The notes under the pieces: model-generated
Database searches by the model: none
What the model was told of the DNA's origin: nothing
The model's input: only the letters and a program-made list of their open reading frames with translations
Source: an uncultured Clostridia bacterium
GTDB lineage: Bacteria > Bacillota > Clostridia > Oscillospirales > CAG-272
Assembly (NCBI GenBank): GCA_947630015.1
Contig: CANRFY010000007.1
Location: 2,526-66,525, forward strand
Reading direction: 5' to 3'
DNA: 64,000 bases
Translations under genes and position numbers: made by a program
Part shown: positions 38,798-48,612 of the stretch, piece by piece
How positions within the stretch are numbered: position 1 is the first letter of the stretch
Layout: each line of letters begins with the position of its first letter

Positions 38798-39523
38798 GTG
38801 TACAAAGAGCAATTTTCACGCACTGAAATAATGTTCGGCAGCGAGGCGATGGCGCGCCTTGCGGCGGCGCGCGTCGCCGTTTTCGGCATAGGCGGCGTCG
38901 GCGGCTACGCGGTCGAGGCTCTCGTCCGCTCCGGAATCGGCGCCGTCGATCTTATCGACAACGATGTCGTCTGCGAATCGAATCTCAACCGCCAGATCAT
39001 CGCGACGCACAAAACGATCGGCCAATATAAGGTCGACGCTGCCGCCGACCGTATCCGCGATATAAATCCCGACGTCAGGATCCGCACGTATAAGACGTTC
39101 TACACGCCCGAAACGTCGGGGGAATTCGACTTTTCCGAGTACGACTACATCGTCGACGCCATCGATACGGTGTCGGGGAAAATCGAATTAGCCGTGAACG
39201 CGGACAGGGCCGGCGTCCCCATCATAAGCTCGATGGGCGCCGGAAACAAGCTCGATCCCACGTCGTTTACAGTCGCGGATATTTACGAAACGTCCGTATG
39301 TCCGCTCGCGCGCGTCATGCGCCATGAGCTTAAGCTGCGCGGCGTCCGCCGTCTCCGCGTCGTCTATTCAAAGGAGCCGCCGATAAAGGCCGCCGTCGAC
39401 GACGACGCCCACGGCCGTCACGCCCCGGGCAGCAACGCGTTCGTTCCGTCCGCGGTCGGCCTCATAATCGCAGGCGAGGTCGTATGCGCGATCGCGGGAC
39501 TGCGCAAAGCGAGGGAATCATGA
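38798..39523 (+). CDS. tcdA: tRNA threonylcarbamoyladenosine dehydratase (ThiF-family, TcdA-like)
   Basis: QFSRTE..FG.EAM..L, VAVFGIGGVGGY Rossmann motif, NLNRQI; GTG 38798 chosen because the track TTG 38732 is the -35 of a promoter. Confidence 0.8.
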   Translation: MYKEQFSRTEIMFGSEAMARLAAARVAVFGIGGVGGYAVEALVRSGIGAVDLIDNDVVCESNLNRQIIATHKTIGQYKVDAAADRIRDINPDVRIRTYKTFYTPETSGEFDFSEYDYIVDAIDTVSGKIELAVNADRAGVPIISSMGAGNKLDPTSFTVADIYETSVCPLARVMRHELKLRGVRRLRVVYSKEPPIKAAVDDDAHGRHAPGSNAFVPSAVGLIIAGEVVCAIAGLRKARES

Positions 39524-40362
39524 AGGGCGAGCTTTTGCCGTATCAGGCGATAGAAAGAAGCATAACAAAACAGTTCCGGCATGAAATTTGGAATCCGTTC
39601 ATCGCCGCCGTCAAGCGCTACGAGCTTATAAGCGAGGGCGATGCGATCGCGGCCTGCATATCGGGCGGCAAGGATTCGATGCTGATGGCGAAGCTGCTTT
39701 TGATGCTGCAAAGGATCAGCGAGGTGAAATTCGACGTCGTCTGCCTCGTCATGGACCCGGGCTACAGCCCCGCCAACCGCCAAAAGATCGAGGACAACGC
39801 CAAAACGATGAATCTGCCGATCACGGTGTTCGAGACCGACGTCTTCGACGTCGCGAACAGTCAGGATAAATCGCCCTGTTATCTGTGCGCGCGGATGCGG
39901 CGCGGCCATCTGTACGCCGAGGCGCAGCGCCTCGGCTGCAATAAGATCGCGCTCGGCCATCACTTCAACGACGTGATCGAGACCACGATGCTCGGGATGC
40001 TGTACGGCTCTCAGCTGCAAGCGATGATCCCGAAGCTGCACAGCCAAAATTTCGCCGGAATGGAGCTGATCCGCCCCCTCTACTGCGTCCGTGAGGACGA
40101 TATCATCGAATGGGCGCGGTACTGCGGCCTCGATTTTATCAGATGCGCCTGCCGTTTCACTGAGAAAAACGGCGACGGCGTCGGCGATTCAAAGCGGATG
40201 CTCGTAAAACGGCTCTTATCGGAGCTGAAAAAAGACAATCCCGTCGTCGAGACGAGCGTTTTCAACAGCATCCACGCCGTCAGCCTCGATACGTTCCCCG
40301 CATATAAAACGGACGGCGAGCTTCATTCGTTCCTCGAACGGTACGGGAAAAATCAAAAATAA
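39520..40362 (+). CDS. ttcA: PP-loop ATPase, tRNA 2-thiocytidine synthase TtcA-like
   Basis: SGGKDS PP-loop, CYLCARMRRG, ALGHHFNDVIET; ATG overlaps tcdA stop (ATGA). Confidence 0.82.
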   Translation: MKGELLPYQAIERSITKQFRHEIWNPFIAAVKRYELISEGDAIAACISGGKDSMLMAKLLLMLQRISEVKFDVVCLVMDPGYSPANRQKIEDNAKTMNLPITVFETDVFDVANSQDKSPCYLCARMRRGHLYAEAQRLGCNKIALGHHFNDVIETTMLGMLYGSQLQAMIPKLHSQNFAGMELIRPLYCVREDDIIEWARYCGLDFIRCACRFTEKNGDGVGDSKRMLVKRLLSELKKDNPVVETSVFNSIHAVSLDTFPAYKTDGELHSFLERYGKNQK

Positions 40363-40365
40363 ACG

Positions 40366-40404
40366 AAAATCCGCCCCCGAAGACGCGTCTCGGAGGCGGA
40401 TTTT
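40366..40404. terminator. Bidirectional terminator between ttcA (+) and the FHA/kinase operon (-)
   Basis: AAAATCCGCC...GGCGGATTTT long hairpin with A/T runs on both sides. Confidence 0.7.
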
Positions 40405-40417
40405 GTATAGAATTTTT

Positions 40418-42052
40418 TCAGAATCTGAGTCTGAACGCCACAGAACCCATCGAAATCTCGTCGCCGCTGCGCAGACGGTTCGGCGCGTAAATGCGCATAC
40501 CGCCAAGCCTCGTCCCGTCCGGCGTGCCGAAATCCTCGATGTAGACGATCTGATCCTTTACGAATATGCGCGCGTGTACGGGCGCAACGTCGGGATTCTT
40601 CCATACGATGTCGCACTTCGGCTTGCTTCCGATCGTGAGTTCTTCGTCAAGATAAAGCGTCCTCGGTCCCGCATAGCTGCCCGCGATCACGTCGAGCTTC
40701 ATATAGATGCCCTTGCCCGCGGCAGCCGCGCCTCCGGCGCGCTTTTTATTCTTTTTGCCAGCTCTCGCAACCGCGATCACGGCGATTATGAGCAGCACGG
40801 CAACGACGCCGACGATCACCCATATAAGCACTTTATCGCCGAAGAACTTCGAGAAAAAGCTCTCCGATCCGCCCGTCTCGGCGTCGGTCTCCGCCTCCGC
40901 CGTGAAGCCGTCGGTGCCGGCGTCTGTACCGGCGTCTGTGCCGATCTCGGTCTCGCGTCCGCCGTCAGTGTCCGGCGCATCCGTCGCGGGTTCGTCGGTC
41001 GCGGGTTCATCCGTCGCCGCAGGTTCCTCGGTGCTGTCGGGTTCCTCGGTGTCGACCGTATCGATCGGATCAGCCGTATCGGCTGTATCGGAGCCCTCCG
41101 ATTCCGTATCGATCGGACGCGATGTGATCAGCATCGGAACGCCGCTCAAAACAGACGTTTTGAGCGTCACATCGCCGCCGTCCCCGTCCTTGCCCGCGAA
41201 TTCGAGCTGCACCGACTTCGTGCCTGTCAACTCGCCCGCGCCCTTGAAGCAGGCTGCGTAAAGTCCGTTCACGTACTGCGCAAGATCATGGCCTGCCTTG
41301 GCCGCCGTCATCTCAGCATTGATGAACATCCTCATGCCGTTCACGTCGTCGAGCGCCTTGAACGCGTCGCCGCCCCATTCAGCGCCAACGCAGAGCGTAT
41401 GCGCGATCACGTCGGGATGCGATGCGATCGCATCCTCGAGCGCGCTTTTCGCGCTTTTATCTATCGTCGGCACGCGGCCGTCCGAGATTATGACGAGATT
41501 GACGGCCTCGCCGTCCCTCTCGACGCCTCGCAGATACTCGTATGCCTCGACGATGCCGCCGAATACGCCCACGGCGGATTCCTCATATTTGACATTCTTT
41601 ACCGCGTTCGAGACAGCCTTTTTCCCGACGAGGCCCTCGGCCTCGATCTTTAGTCCGTTCGCGCACGTCGCGACGGCAAAGACCGCGTCCTCGGAGTCTT
41701 TCGCCAGCTCCTCCGCGAACGTCTCGGCGCTGCGCTTCACGCCCGCCATTGTCGCCGACGTATCGATAAGGATCAGATACGCCGCCGGCGTATCGCTTTC
41801 CCCGACCGTCGTAAGAGGCGACGACGCGCCCGATTTGCCGGATATTATCGACGCGCTCTCGAACGTAACGCCGCCGACAGCGCTCGCATCCGCGAATGTG
41901 TAGATGTCGGCGCCCTCGCCGTATGCGGAAACTAATTTGACGCCCGCGTTGATTCCGTCGGCGGTTATGCCGTCGCCGGCGGCGAACGCCGGCATCGCGA
42001 TGCAGATCGCGAGCATTATCGACACGACGATAAACGCTGTTTTTTTGTTCAT
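40418..42052 (-). CDS. Signal peptide - vWA-like ectodomain - TM - cytoplasmic FHA domain protein
   Basis: MNKKTAFIVVSIMLAICIAMPAFA signal; LILIDTSATM MIDAS-like; acidic T/D/E-rich linker; TM VLIWVIVGVVAVLLIIAVIAV; C-terminal FHA (LTIGSKPKCDIVW...VHARIF...IEDFGTPDGTRLGG). Confidence 0.8.
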   Translation of the reverse strand: MNKKTAFIVVSIMLAICIAMPAFAAGDGITADGINAGVKLVSAYGEGADIYTFADASAVGGVTFESASIISGKSGASSPLTTVGESDTPAAYLILIDTSATMAGVKRSAETFAEELAKDSEDAVFAVATCANGLKIEAEGLVGKKAVSNAVKNVKYEESAVGVFGGIVEAYEYLRGVERDGEAVNLVIISDGRVPTIDKSAKSALEDAIASHPDVIAHTLCVGAEWGGDAFKALDDVNGMRMFINAEMTAAKAGHDLAQYVNGLYAACFKGAGELTGTKSVQLEFAGKDGDGGDVTLKTSVLSGVPMLITSRPIDTESEGSDTADTADPIDTVDTEEPDSTEEPAATDEPATDEPATDAPDTDGGRETEIGTDAGTDAGTDGFTAEAETDAETGGSESFFSKFFGDKVLIWVIVGVVAVLLIIAVIAVARAGKKNKKRAGGAAAAGKGIYMKLDVIAGSYAGPRTLYLDEELTIGSKPKCDIVWKNPDVAPVHARIFVKDQIVYIEDFGTPDGTRLGGMRIYAPNRLRSGDEISMGSVAFRLRF

Positions 42053-42074
42053 TGATCCGTCCTCCCACAGTCCG

Positions 42075-42809
42075 TCATCTGACGATGACGGTCATTAGCG
42101 AAAGATTGTCGTTTCCGCGTCCGATGCGCGAGATCACGCGGAGCAGCAGATGCTCCGCCCAGTCGCGCGCGTCGATCGATTTCAACAGATCGAGCGGCAC
42201 TTCGTCGTCGAACAGGTATTCCCAAACGCCGTCGGAGCAGAGCAGAAACGCGTCGCCGGACATAAGCGGCTCCGGCGAGCCGCCGATATCGGGCTGATTG
42301 CGGTCAGCGCCGCCGAGCGTGCGCAGAAGATACGACTGATCCTCGTCCTGTCCGATCTGATGGCGCGTTATCTCGCCCGCCTGATACTTCTTGTACGCGA
42401 CGGAATGATCGTCCGTGACGCTCAGTATAGCGCCGTCGCGCAGATAGTAGAGGCGCGAATCGCCCACGTTGGCCCATGTCGCGCGATCGCCGTCAACGGC
42501 GAGGACGACGACGGTGCTTTTCATCGTGGCGCGGCGCTCCGTCTGGAGCTTCATGACCTCGGTATTCGCAAGCGCGATCTTATCGCGCAGCCATTCCGCG
42601 CGGTCGCCGCATTCAGTCTCGCGTTCCCATTCGGACGCAAGCGTTTCCGCGACGCAGGACGACGCAACCTCTCCGAGCTGATGGCCGCCGAGTCCGTCGG
42701 CGACGACGAATATACCGGAGCCGTCGCGGAGCCTGCACGCGACCGAATCCTCATTCTGCTCTCTGTCGCCGGCGTTTGTGTAGTAAAATACGTCTAATAT
42801 CATAGGCAT
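42075..42809 (-). CDS. PP2C-family Ser/Thr phosphatase (1)
   Basis: 244 aa; REQNEDS, VADGLGGH, CSDGV motifs. Confidence 0.9.
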   Translation of the reverse strand: MPMILDVFYYTNAGDREQNEDSVACRLRDGSGIFVVADGLGGHQLGEVASSCVAETLASEWERETECGDRAEWLRDKIALANTEVMKLQTERRATMKSTVVVLAVDGDRATWANVGDSRLYYLRDGAILSVTDDHSVAYKKYQAGEITRHQIGQDEDQSYLLRTLGGADRNQPDIGGSPEPLMSGDAFLLCSDGVWEYLFDDEVPLDLLKSIDARDWAEHLLLRVISRIGRGNDNLSLMTVIVR

Positions 42810-44203
42810 TACGAAAGCTCGACACGCATCATGTTGGCGCGGTCGCCGAGATAGAAGCTGTCGCCGGATTTAAGTCTGTACGCCATGCCCGCCACGAGCT
42901 TTGTGCCGTTCACGAGATACGTTCCGTATGTGGAGCGCAGATCGGTAAGCACGAATTCGCCCGTCGCGCGGTCATAGCTTACGGAGCAGTGACGCGTGCT
43001 GACGCCCGGGGTGCCGTCGCGGAACACGATCTGGCACGTCGCCTTGTCGCGTCCGATCAAAAGCTGCGCGCCCGTGATCGCGACTCTCATGCCGCCGTGC
43101 TGTTCGGACAGCGAACGCACCGACGGCGTCTGTGCCGGCGACGGCACACCCGCGCCGACGGCTGCGGGACCTGCTGCCGGCGTCTGAGCCGGCGTCTGGC
43201 CCTTCTTTATAAGCAGCACTACGACAACGCCTATAACGACGACGACAAGAACGCCGATGAGGACGATCGCGGCCGTGCTGATATTGAATGTGCTGGTTGT
43301 GGGTTTGACATCGATCTTCAGATCTTCAAGAATGTCCAAAACATACTCAATTTCTATCGAATACTGAGTCTTGGAGTCGCCCGACGACGAATCGGGACTC
43401 ATTGTCCAAGTATTGACGCCGACGACTCTGCCTTTTTCGTCTATAAGCGGTCCGCCCGAGTTGCCGTGGTTGATCGTCGCCGTATGCTGGATAACTCTGA
43501 CGTCGGTATCGTCGGCCGCTACCGTCGTATGAAGCGACACGATACCGCTTGTGACCGTTACCTTTTCAACGCTTGCCGCATACTCCTTGCCGGAGAAATT
43601 GCCGAGCGTCGCATCGTCTGTCGTTCCTGGGAATCCGAGCGCGTATACGGTGTCGCCCGATTCGATCTCCTCGTCCTCGGGGAGAAGCGGGAGTGCGACT
43701 CTGCCCTCCATCGGCTCCGCCGCTCTCAGAACGGCGAGGTCGGCCTCGTCCTCATCCGCCTCGTAAAGCACGCGGCACGGGATCGCGCGGCTCTTGTCAA
43801 GCTCGCCGTTGGAATCCATTGCGAAATCGTCCTTGAGCAGATAGATGCTCGTTACGCGTCCTTGGAACACGTAGTATTCGCCGTTGATCTCCTGCAATGA
43901 CGCGGTGTCTCTTTCAATTACGTGTCTGTTCGTAACGAACACGTCTGTCTCGCCGCCCGTATTGCCGACGCCGAACGCGGTGCCTGTCGACGTCATGTAG
44001 CCCGTGCCGTAATACGACAGATCGTCCGAGGCCACATCATATTTATAAACATCGCAATCGTCATAAATAGCCAAAACTCTCGCAACGCCGTTTCTCGATT
44101 CAGCCGCGATATTGTTGCCGCTCTTCCCCGTCGACGCGCATCCGGATAAAGCCAGCGCGAGTATCATCGCGATAAGTATCGCGCATACTGTTCTTTTTTT
44201 CAT
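42809..44203 (-). CDS. Lipoprotein signal - trypsin-like (S1C) protease ectodomain - TM - FHA domain protein
   Basis: LALSGCAS lipobox; TNRHV and GNSGGPLIDEKGRVVGVNT protease motifs; TM AAIVLIGVLVVVVIGVVVVLLI; C-terminal FHA (LLIGRDKATCQIVF...STRHCSV...DLRSTYGTYLNG-like). Confidence 0.82.
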   Translation of the reverse strand: MKKRTVCAILIAMILALALSGCASTGKSGNNIAAESRNGVARVLAIYDDCDVYKYDVASDDLSYYGTGYMTSTGTAFGVGNTGGETDVFVTNRHVIERDTASLQEINGEYYVFQGRVTSIYLLKDDFAMDSNGELDKSRAIPCRVLYEADEDEADLAVLRAAEPMEGRVALPLLPEDEEIESGDTVYALGFPGTTDDATLGNFSGKEYAASVEKVTVTSGIVSLHTTVAADDTDVRVIQHTATINHGNSGGPLIDEKGRVVGVNTWTMSPDSSSGDSKTQYSIEIEYVLDILEDLKIDVKPTTSTFNISTAAIVLIGVLVVVVIGVVVVLLIKKGQTPAQTPAAGPAAVGAGVPSPAQTPSVRSLSEQHGGMRVAITGAQLLIGRDKATCQIVFRDGTPGVSTRHCSVSYDRATGEFVLTDLRSTYGTYLVNGTKLVAGMAYRLKSGDSFYLGDRANMMRVELS

Positions 44204-44238
44204 TTTCTTTTTCCTGCTTTCCGTTAATTTAAAGTGGA

Positions 44239-45057
44239 TCAATAGCCGCAGTATATACACAGCGCCGTGTAGTTGTCCTGATGCTTCCTGCCCTGACGTC
44301 TGATCTCCTCGTCGATGGCGGCGCACGCCTCCGTCGGCGTCGCGCGCCCGAGATAATCGAGCATCTGGCCGTCGGTCAGAACGCCGCCGACGCCGTCCGA
44401 GCAGATCAGGAGCGCATCGTTCTCGCGGAGCGGGAACGGCGAACGGAGATAATCGACCTCATTCATCCCGTCCATCCCCAAAAACTGCGTCAGCGCGGCC
44501 TTTTCGGGATTGCTCTCGGCCGGCTCGGGGTCCATGCTTCCGTCGCGGATCGCTTCGAGGTAGAGCTGGTTTCTGTATGTATGCTCGCGGTTGAGGCGGT
44601 ACAAGTGTCCCTCGCGCTTCAACAAAATGAAGCTGTCCCCGACGCTGGCGAAATAGAGCCGTTCGCGGAATATGATGCACGCGACGACGGTGCTGCCGCC
44701 GTCTCCGCCGAGACGGGAAAGCACCTGCGCGCTCGCCTTTACGACGGCGCGGCGGAGCTGTTCCGCTATATCGCCGTCGCGGTCGAACTCGGCAAATTCT
44801 CCGCGCAGACATGAAATCGCGGTCTCGCTTGCGATCTTACCGTCCTTCATGCCTCCCATTCCGTCCGCGACGACGGCGAAGAGACCCTTATTCTTCATTT
44901 CGGTCACGTCGAGCGCGTTTACGATCAGAAACGAATCCTCCTGTCTTGCGCGCGCGCCGATCCCCTGAAGATTTGCGGCCTGATAGCTCAGGAGCCGAGG
45001 CGTCGGCGTGTTCGGCGCCGTATCCTCTGCCGGTTCCTTATGGGAGAATGGCCACAT
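44239..45057 (-). CDS. PP2C-family Ser/Thr phosphatase (2)
   Basis: 272 aa; RARQEDS, VADGMGGM, CSDGV motifs. Confidence 0.9.
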   Translation of the reverse strand: MWPFSHKEPAEDTAPNTPTPRLLSYQAANLQGIGARARQEDSFLIVNALDVTEMKNKGLFAVVADGMGGMKDGKIASETAISCLRGEFAEFDRDGDIAEQLRRAVVKASAQVLSRLGGDGGSTVVACIIFRERLYFASVGDSFILLKREGHLYRLNREHTYRNQLYLEAIRDGSMDPEPAESNPEKAALTQFLGMDGMNEVDYLRSPFPLRENDALLICSDGVGGVLTDGQMLDYLGRATPTEACAAIDEEIRRQGRKHQDNYTALCIYCGY

Positions 45058-45063
45058 ATCGTT

Positions 45064-45711
45064 TTACTCCTCTTTCGGCGCAGGCACAAGGCCGTCCGCC
45101 CATGTGAATCTCGGGCAGCAGAGCGGAACGAATACGAATTTGCTCTCGCCGAATTCGACGCAGTCATACGCGTCGAGCTTTCTCGGGATATAGACGGGTT
45201 CGTCGTTTACGTAGATGTTGTTCGTGCTGTCGGCGGGGATAAGCGTGAAATTGTTGTGGCGCGAATCATACGCGATGCGCGCGTGGCGGTCGCGGGATAT
45301 CGTCTTATCGCCCTCGATGCGGATGTCCATGCCCTCTCCGCGTCCGACCGTGTTCTGCTTATCGTAGAGATGATAATCTCTGCCCTTGTCGGGGCCGTCG
45401 ATGCAGACGAGCCATCCCGTAACGGGTTCGAGGTTCGTCTTTTTGCGGGATACGCTGACGGTCTTGTTGTCGTCGTCCTGACGCTTTCTGTATCCGGCCG
45501 GAGCGACGGTCGCGCCGGGTTCTACGCTTGCGAATGCGTCCGGAGCAGGCTGTCCGATCGGATCGGGCGAGCCGCCGCCCATATTGCCGAGGGGAGTCGT
45601 TTTGCCCGGGCCGTCAAATGAGATCGCGTTTCCGCCTCCGTTGCAGTAGGGGCAGGACGGATAAAGATCCGAGTCGTAGAGATGATCGTTTGCGCATTTT
45701 GTGAGTGCCAT
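45064..45711 (-). CDS. Zinc-ribbon - FHA domain protein
   Basis: N-terminal C....H...CPYC ribbon; C-terminal FHA (NTVGRGEGMDIRI..ISRDRHARI...NNIYVNDEP). Confidence 0.85.
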   Translation of the reverse strand: MALTKCANDHLYDSDLYPSCPYCNGGGNAISFDGPGKTTPLGNMGGGSPDPIGQPAPDAFASVEPGATVAPAGYRKRQDDDNKTVSVSRKKTNLEPVTGWLVCIDGPDKGRDYHLYDKQNTVGRGEGMDIRIEGDKTISRDRHARIAYDSRHNNFTLIPADSTNNIYVNDEPVYIPRKLDAYDCVEFGESKFVFVPLCCPRFTWADGLVPAPKEE

Positions 45712-45760
45712 GATGTTCCTCCTGAATTGTGTTTTATATATTTTTTCAGAGATAGCGTTA

Positions 45761-47125
45761 TTATGTGATCGTTACCTCGATCACGTTTGCGGGGCCGCCG
45801 ACGAATATCCTGTCGCCGGAATGTATCTTAAGCTCCGCGCCCGGTTTAACCTTGTACGTGCCGTTCAGCATCGTGCCGTATGTGGAGTTCAGATCCTTTA
45901 CGGTCCATGTGCCGTAATTATACTGGATGCTGCAATGGTGACGGCTGACGCCGGCAGCCTCCGGCGGGAATTTTACGTCGCATTCGTCGTCTCGGCCGAT
46001 CATGATCGCCTTGCCCGTCGAGGTCGTGAACGCCGTGGACTGGATGCCGCCCATGACGCATCTGACGCTTATGTTCTTTCCCCTCGGCGACGACGCGCGC
46101 GACGACGCATAATATACGGGCTGCGCCGGCGTCGGCGGCGTATATGCCATAGGCGTTACCGGCGGCGCGCCGACTGTGGCGATCTGGTGCAGGCACATCC
46201 GCGTGATCCAGAGCGTAATGATCCACAGTATGACGATGATCCCCGTATATTTGAACAGCTCAAGCGTAAAATCGTCGAACAGCGGCGTGTTCCAGAGAAA
46301 ATGGAGCGCGTTCGACGCCGCGAAGGTCAATATGAACGGGATATTGAAGAAGCTCTCGAGACCGAATTTGTTGTTTTTCATGTTAAGCGCTATCGCCGCC
46401 GCATACGGAGCGCAGTAAAGCGTATGTCCGCCGAGGGCGAAAACTCCTCTCATTATCTGATTCGTTATCATGCTGTCGATCGTCGGCATCGCGATCGCGT
46501 ACTGCACCGACTCGAACGCGCCGAAGCCCGCGCCGACGGCGGCTCCGATCACGAGTCCCGTAATGCCGTAGATGCGGCGCTTCTGCTTGAAGATCGCGAT
46601 CAGGATGATCGCCGCGATCAATTTCGCCGGTTCTTCCCTGAGCGGAGCGAAGCTCGCCGGCAGCTCATCCGGCACGACGAGCATCATGATCGCCGTCATC
46701 GCCAGCGAGATGAGCGCGCCGAGGATGAACATCCCGAACACCTCAAATATCGAGATGTTGCGCGGGATATTGAGTTCCCAGAAGAACACGAGCAGTATGA
46801 TCGGCATAACGAGCGGCGGGATTATCGACGCCATGTAAAGCAGCGCCAAAAGCTGGCCGTCGATCGCGAATATCGAGATAAGGAATATGGCGTAGATGAG
46901 AAGGACAAGAACGATTCCGCCCTTCAGCATCGGGTAAAACAGCCACGGCTTGCGCCATTTTTGCAGCATCGTCTCCTCCGACGCGGTGTCGAGCGACGTG
47001 CCTGCCAAAAGCGCGTAATCGAAATCGGTGCGCGAATGCTTCACCCTGCATTCGGAGAACACGTCGCGCCATGTTATCAGCGACGCGTCCTGCCGCGCCT
47101 TGTAGAAAAATGTCCTGTTGCTCAT
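45761..47125 (-). CDS. PrsW-like intramembrane protease fused to C-terminal FHA domain
   Basis: Polytopic; REEPAKL and GFGAFES motifs as in PrsW proteases; C-terminal FHA (IMIGRDDECDVKF..VSRHHCSI...DLNSTYGTMLNG). Confidence 0.75.
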   Translation of the reverse strand: MSNRTFFYKARQDASLITWRDVFSECRVKHSRTDFDYALLAGTSLDTASEETMLQKWRKPWLFYPMLKGGIVLVLLIYAIFLISIFAIDGQLLALLYMASIIPPLVMPIILLVFFWELNIPRNISIFEVFGMFILGALISLAMTAIMMLVVPDELPASFAPLREEPAKLIAAIILIAIFKQKRRIYGITGLVIGAAVGAGFGAFESVQYAIAMPTIDSMITNQIMRGVFALGGHTLYCAPYAAAIALNMKNNKFGLESFFNIPFILTFAASNALHFLWNTPLFDDFTLELFKYTGIIVILWIITLWITRMCLHQIATVGAPPVTPMAYTPPTPAQPVYYASSRASSPRGKNISVRCVMGGIQSTAFTTSTGKAIMIGRDDECDVKFPPEAAGVSRHHCSIQYNYGTWTVKDLNSTYGTMLNGTYKVKPGAELKIHSGDRIFVGGPANVIEVTIT

Positions 47126-48576
47126 AACGGCTCGCCCCGCTCCGTGACGGCCGCATACAGCGGCGCGTCCCGCGCCGCGTCAGCCTCCGCATATATGGCG
47201 GGCGCATCGTCCGCCGCGTCCGGCAGCGTCAAATTCGGCGCCGCCGTTTTCAGCGCGAAGCTGATGAGGAATATGAAGAATCCGAGCATCAAAAGCGCGG
47301 CCGCGGCGCACGCGACGACAAGTATCACCTTTTCGGTGCTGTTCAGCATCTGCGGACGCGGCATATTGTTCTGCCACATCATCTGATTCATCTGATTCAT
47401 CGGCTGCTGCTGATTCATTTGATTCATTTGATTCATCTGCTGCTGCTGATTCATCTGATTCATCGGCTGCTGCTGATTCATCTGATTCATCTGATTTATT
47501 TGCGGGTTCATCTGCTGTCCCGACGTCGGATTTATCTGCGCGGGCGGCGTTTGATTTGCCGCCTGTCCCGACGTCTGACCGATCCGCTGTCCCGCTCCGT
47601 TCGACGGCGCGGGCATATCGAGCGCCCTGCGGAACGCCCCCATCGTGGCGAATCTGCCGCTCACATTGACGTTCAGTCCCTGAAGCAGCGCCGCTTCCTT
47701 TGCGGGCGGTATTTCGACTCCGAGTCCGCTCGGCGGGACGAGCTTGTCGTTATCCATCCTCTCGATCGATTCCGGCGGCTTCACTCCCGTTATCGCGTAA
47801 TAATAGCTTGCGGCGAGCGAGTACACGTCCGTGTACGGCCCCTGCTTTCCGTGCCTTGAATACTGCTCCTTCGGAGCGAATCCGTGCTTGAGTACGATGT
47901 CGAGACTGCAGCTCTTATCGCCGAGGCTGTATCTCGCCGCGCCGAAATCGAGCAGCTTGACGCCGCCGCTCTTTGTGATGAAAATGTTGTCCGGCGTGAC
48001 GTCGCGGTGGATGATCCCCTCGGCGTGGACGGCGTCGAGCGCGTCCATTATCGGCAGAAGAACGCGTTCCGCGTCCCGCCATCCGATCTTTCCGCCGTGA
48101 TCGCGAATGTATTTCTGGAAGCTCTCGCCCTCGACGTAATCCATGACGAAATACGCGGTGCCGTTTTCCTCGAAATAGCTGTGTATGCGGACGATATTGT
48201 CGTTGCCGATGAATTTTGCGAGCGTTTCCGCTTCCTTTAGGAAGCATTCCTTCCCGTACTCGAAATTATCTCTGCGTTCGCCGACGTAGGACGTCACCTC
48301 GTGAGTCCCCGTCCGCGTCGCGAATTCGTCGGGGAGATACTCCTTGACCGCCATTATGCCGTCCGTCTTGTAGTCCTTGGCCACATACGTTATGCCGAAG
48401 CCGCCCTGACCGAGTACGCGGCCGAGTATGTAGCGTCCGTTCAAAACGGAGCCGTGCGGAAGCGCGAGCGGATATTCCTCCGCCGCCCCCGACGGATCGT
48501 AGCCGCAGTACGGGCAGGCGCCGCCCTCCTCCGCCTTTTCGCGAAAGCAGTTATAACAAATCAGTTTCTCGTTCAT
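47122..48576 (-). CDS. Ser/Thr protein kinase 1 (N-terminal Zn ribbon, Q/N/M-rich linker, C-terminal TM)
   Basis: CYNCF...CPYCGY; GQGGFGITY, AVKEY, HRDVTPDNI, DFGAAR; stop overlaps PrsW-FHA start (ATGA). Confidence 0.93.
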   Translation of the reverse strand: MNEKLICYNCFREKAEEGGACPYCGYDPSGAAEEYPLALPHGSVLNGRYILGRVLGQGGFGITYVAKDYKTDGIMAVKEYLPDEFATRTGTHEVTSYVGERRDNFEYGKECFLKEAETLAKFIGNDNIVRIHSYFEENGTAYFVMDYVEGESFQKYIRDHGGKIGWRDAERVLLPIMDALDAVHAEGIIHRDVTPDNIFITKSGGVKLLDFGAARYSLGDKSCSLDIVLKHGFAPKEQYSRHGKQGPYTDVYSLAASYYYAITGVKPPESIERMDNDKLVPPSGLGVEIPPAKEAALLQGLNVNVSGRFATMGAFRRALDMPAPSNGAGQRIGQTSGQAANQTPPAQINPTSGQQMNPQINQMNQMNQQQPMNQMNQQQQMNQMNQMNQQQPMNQMNQMMWQNNMPRPQMLNSTEKVILVVACAAAALLMLGFFIFLISFALKTAAPNLTLPDAADDAPAIYAEADAARDAPLYAAVTERGEPL

Positions 48577-48612
48577 ACGACATCCCTCAAGCTGTATGAT
48601 TTGCGATCGACA

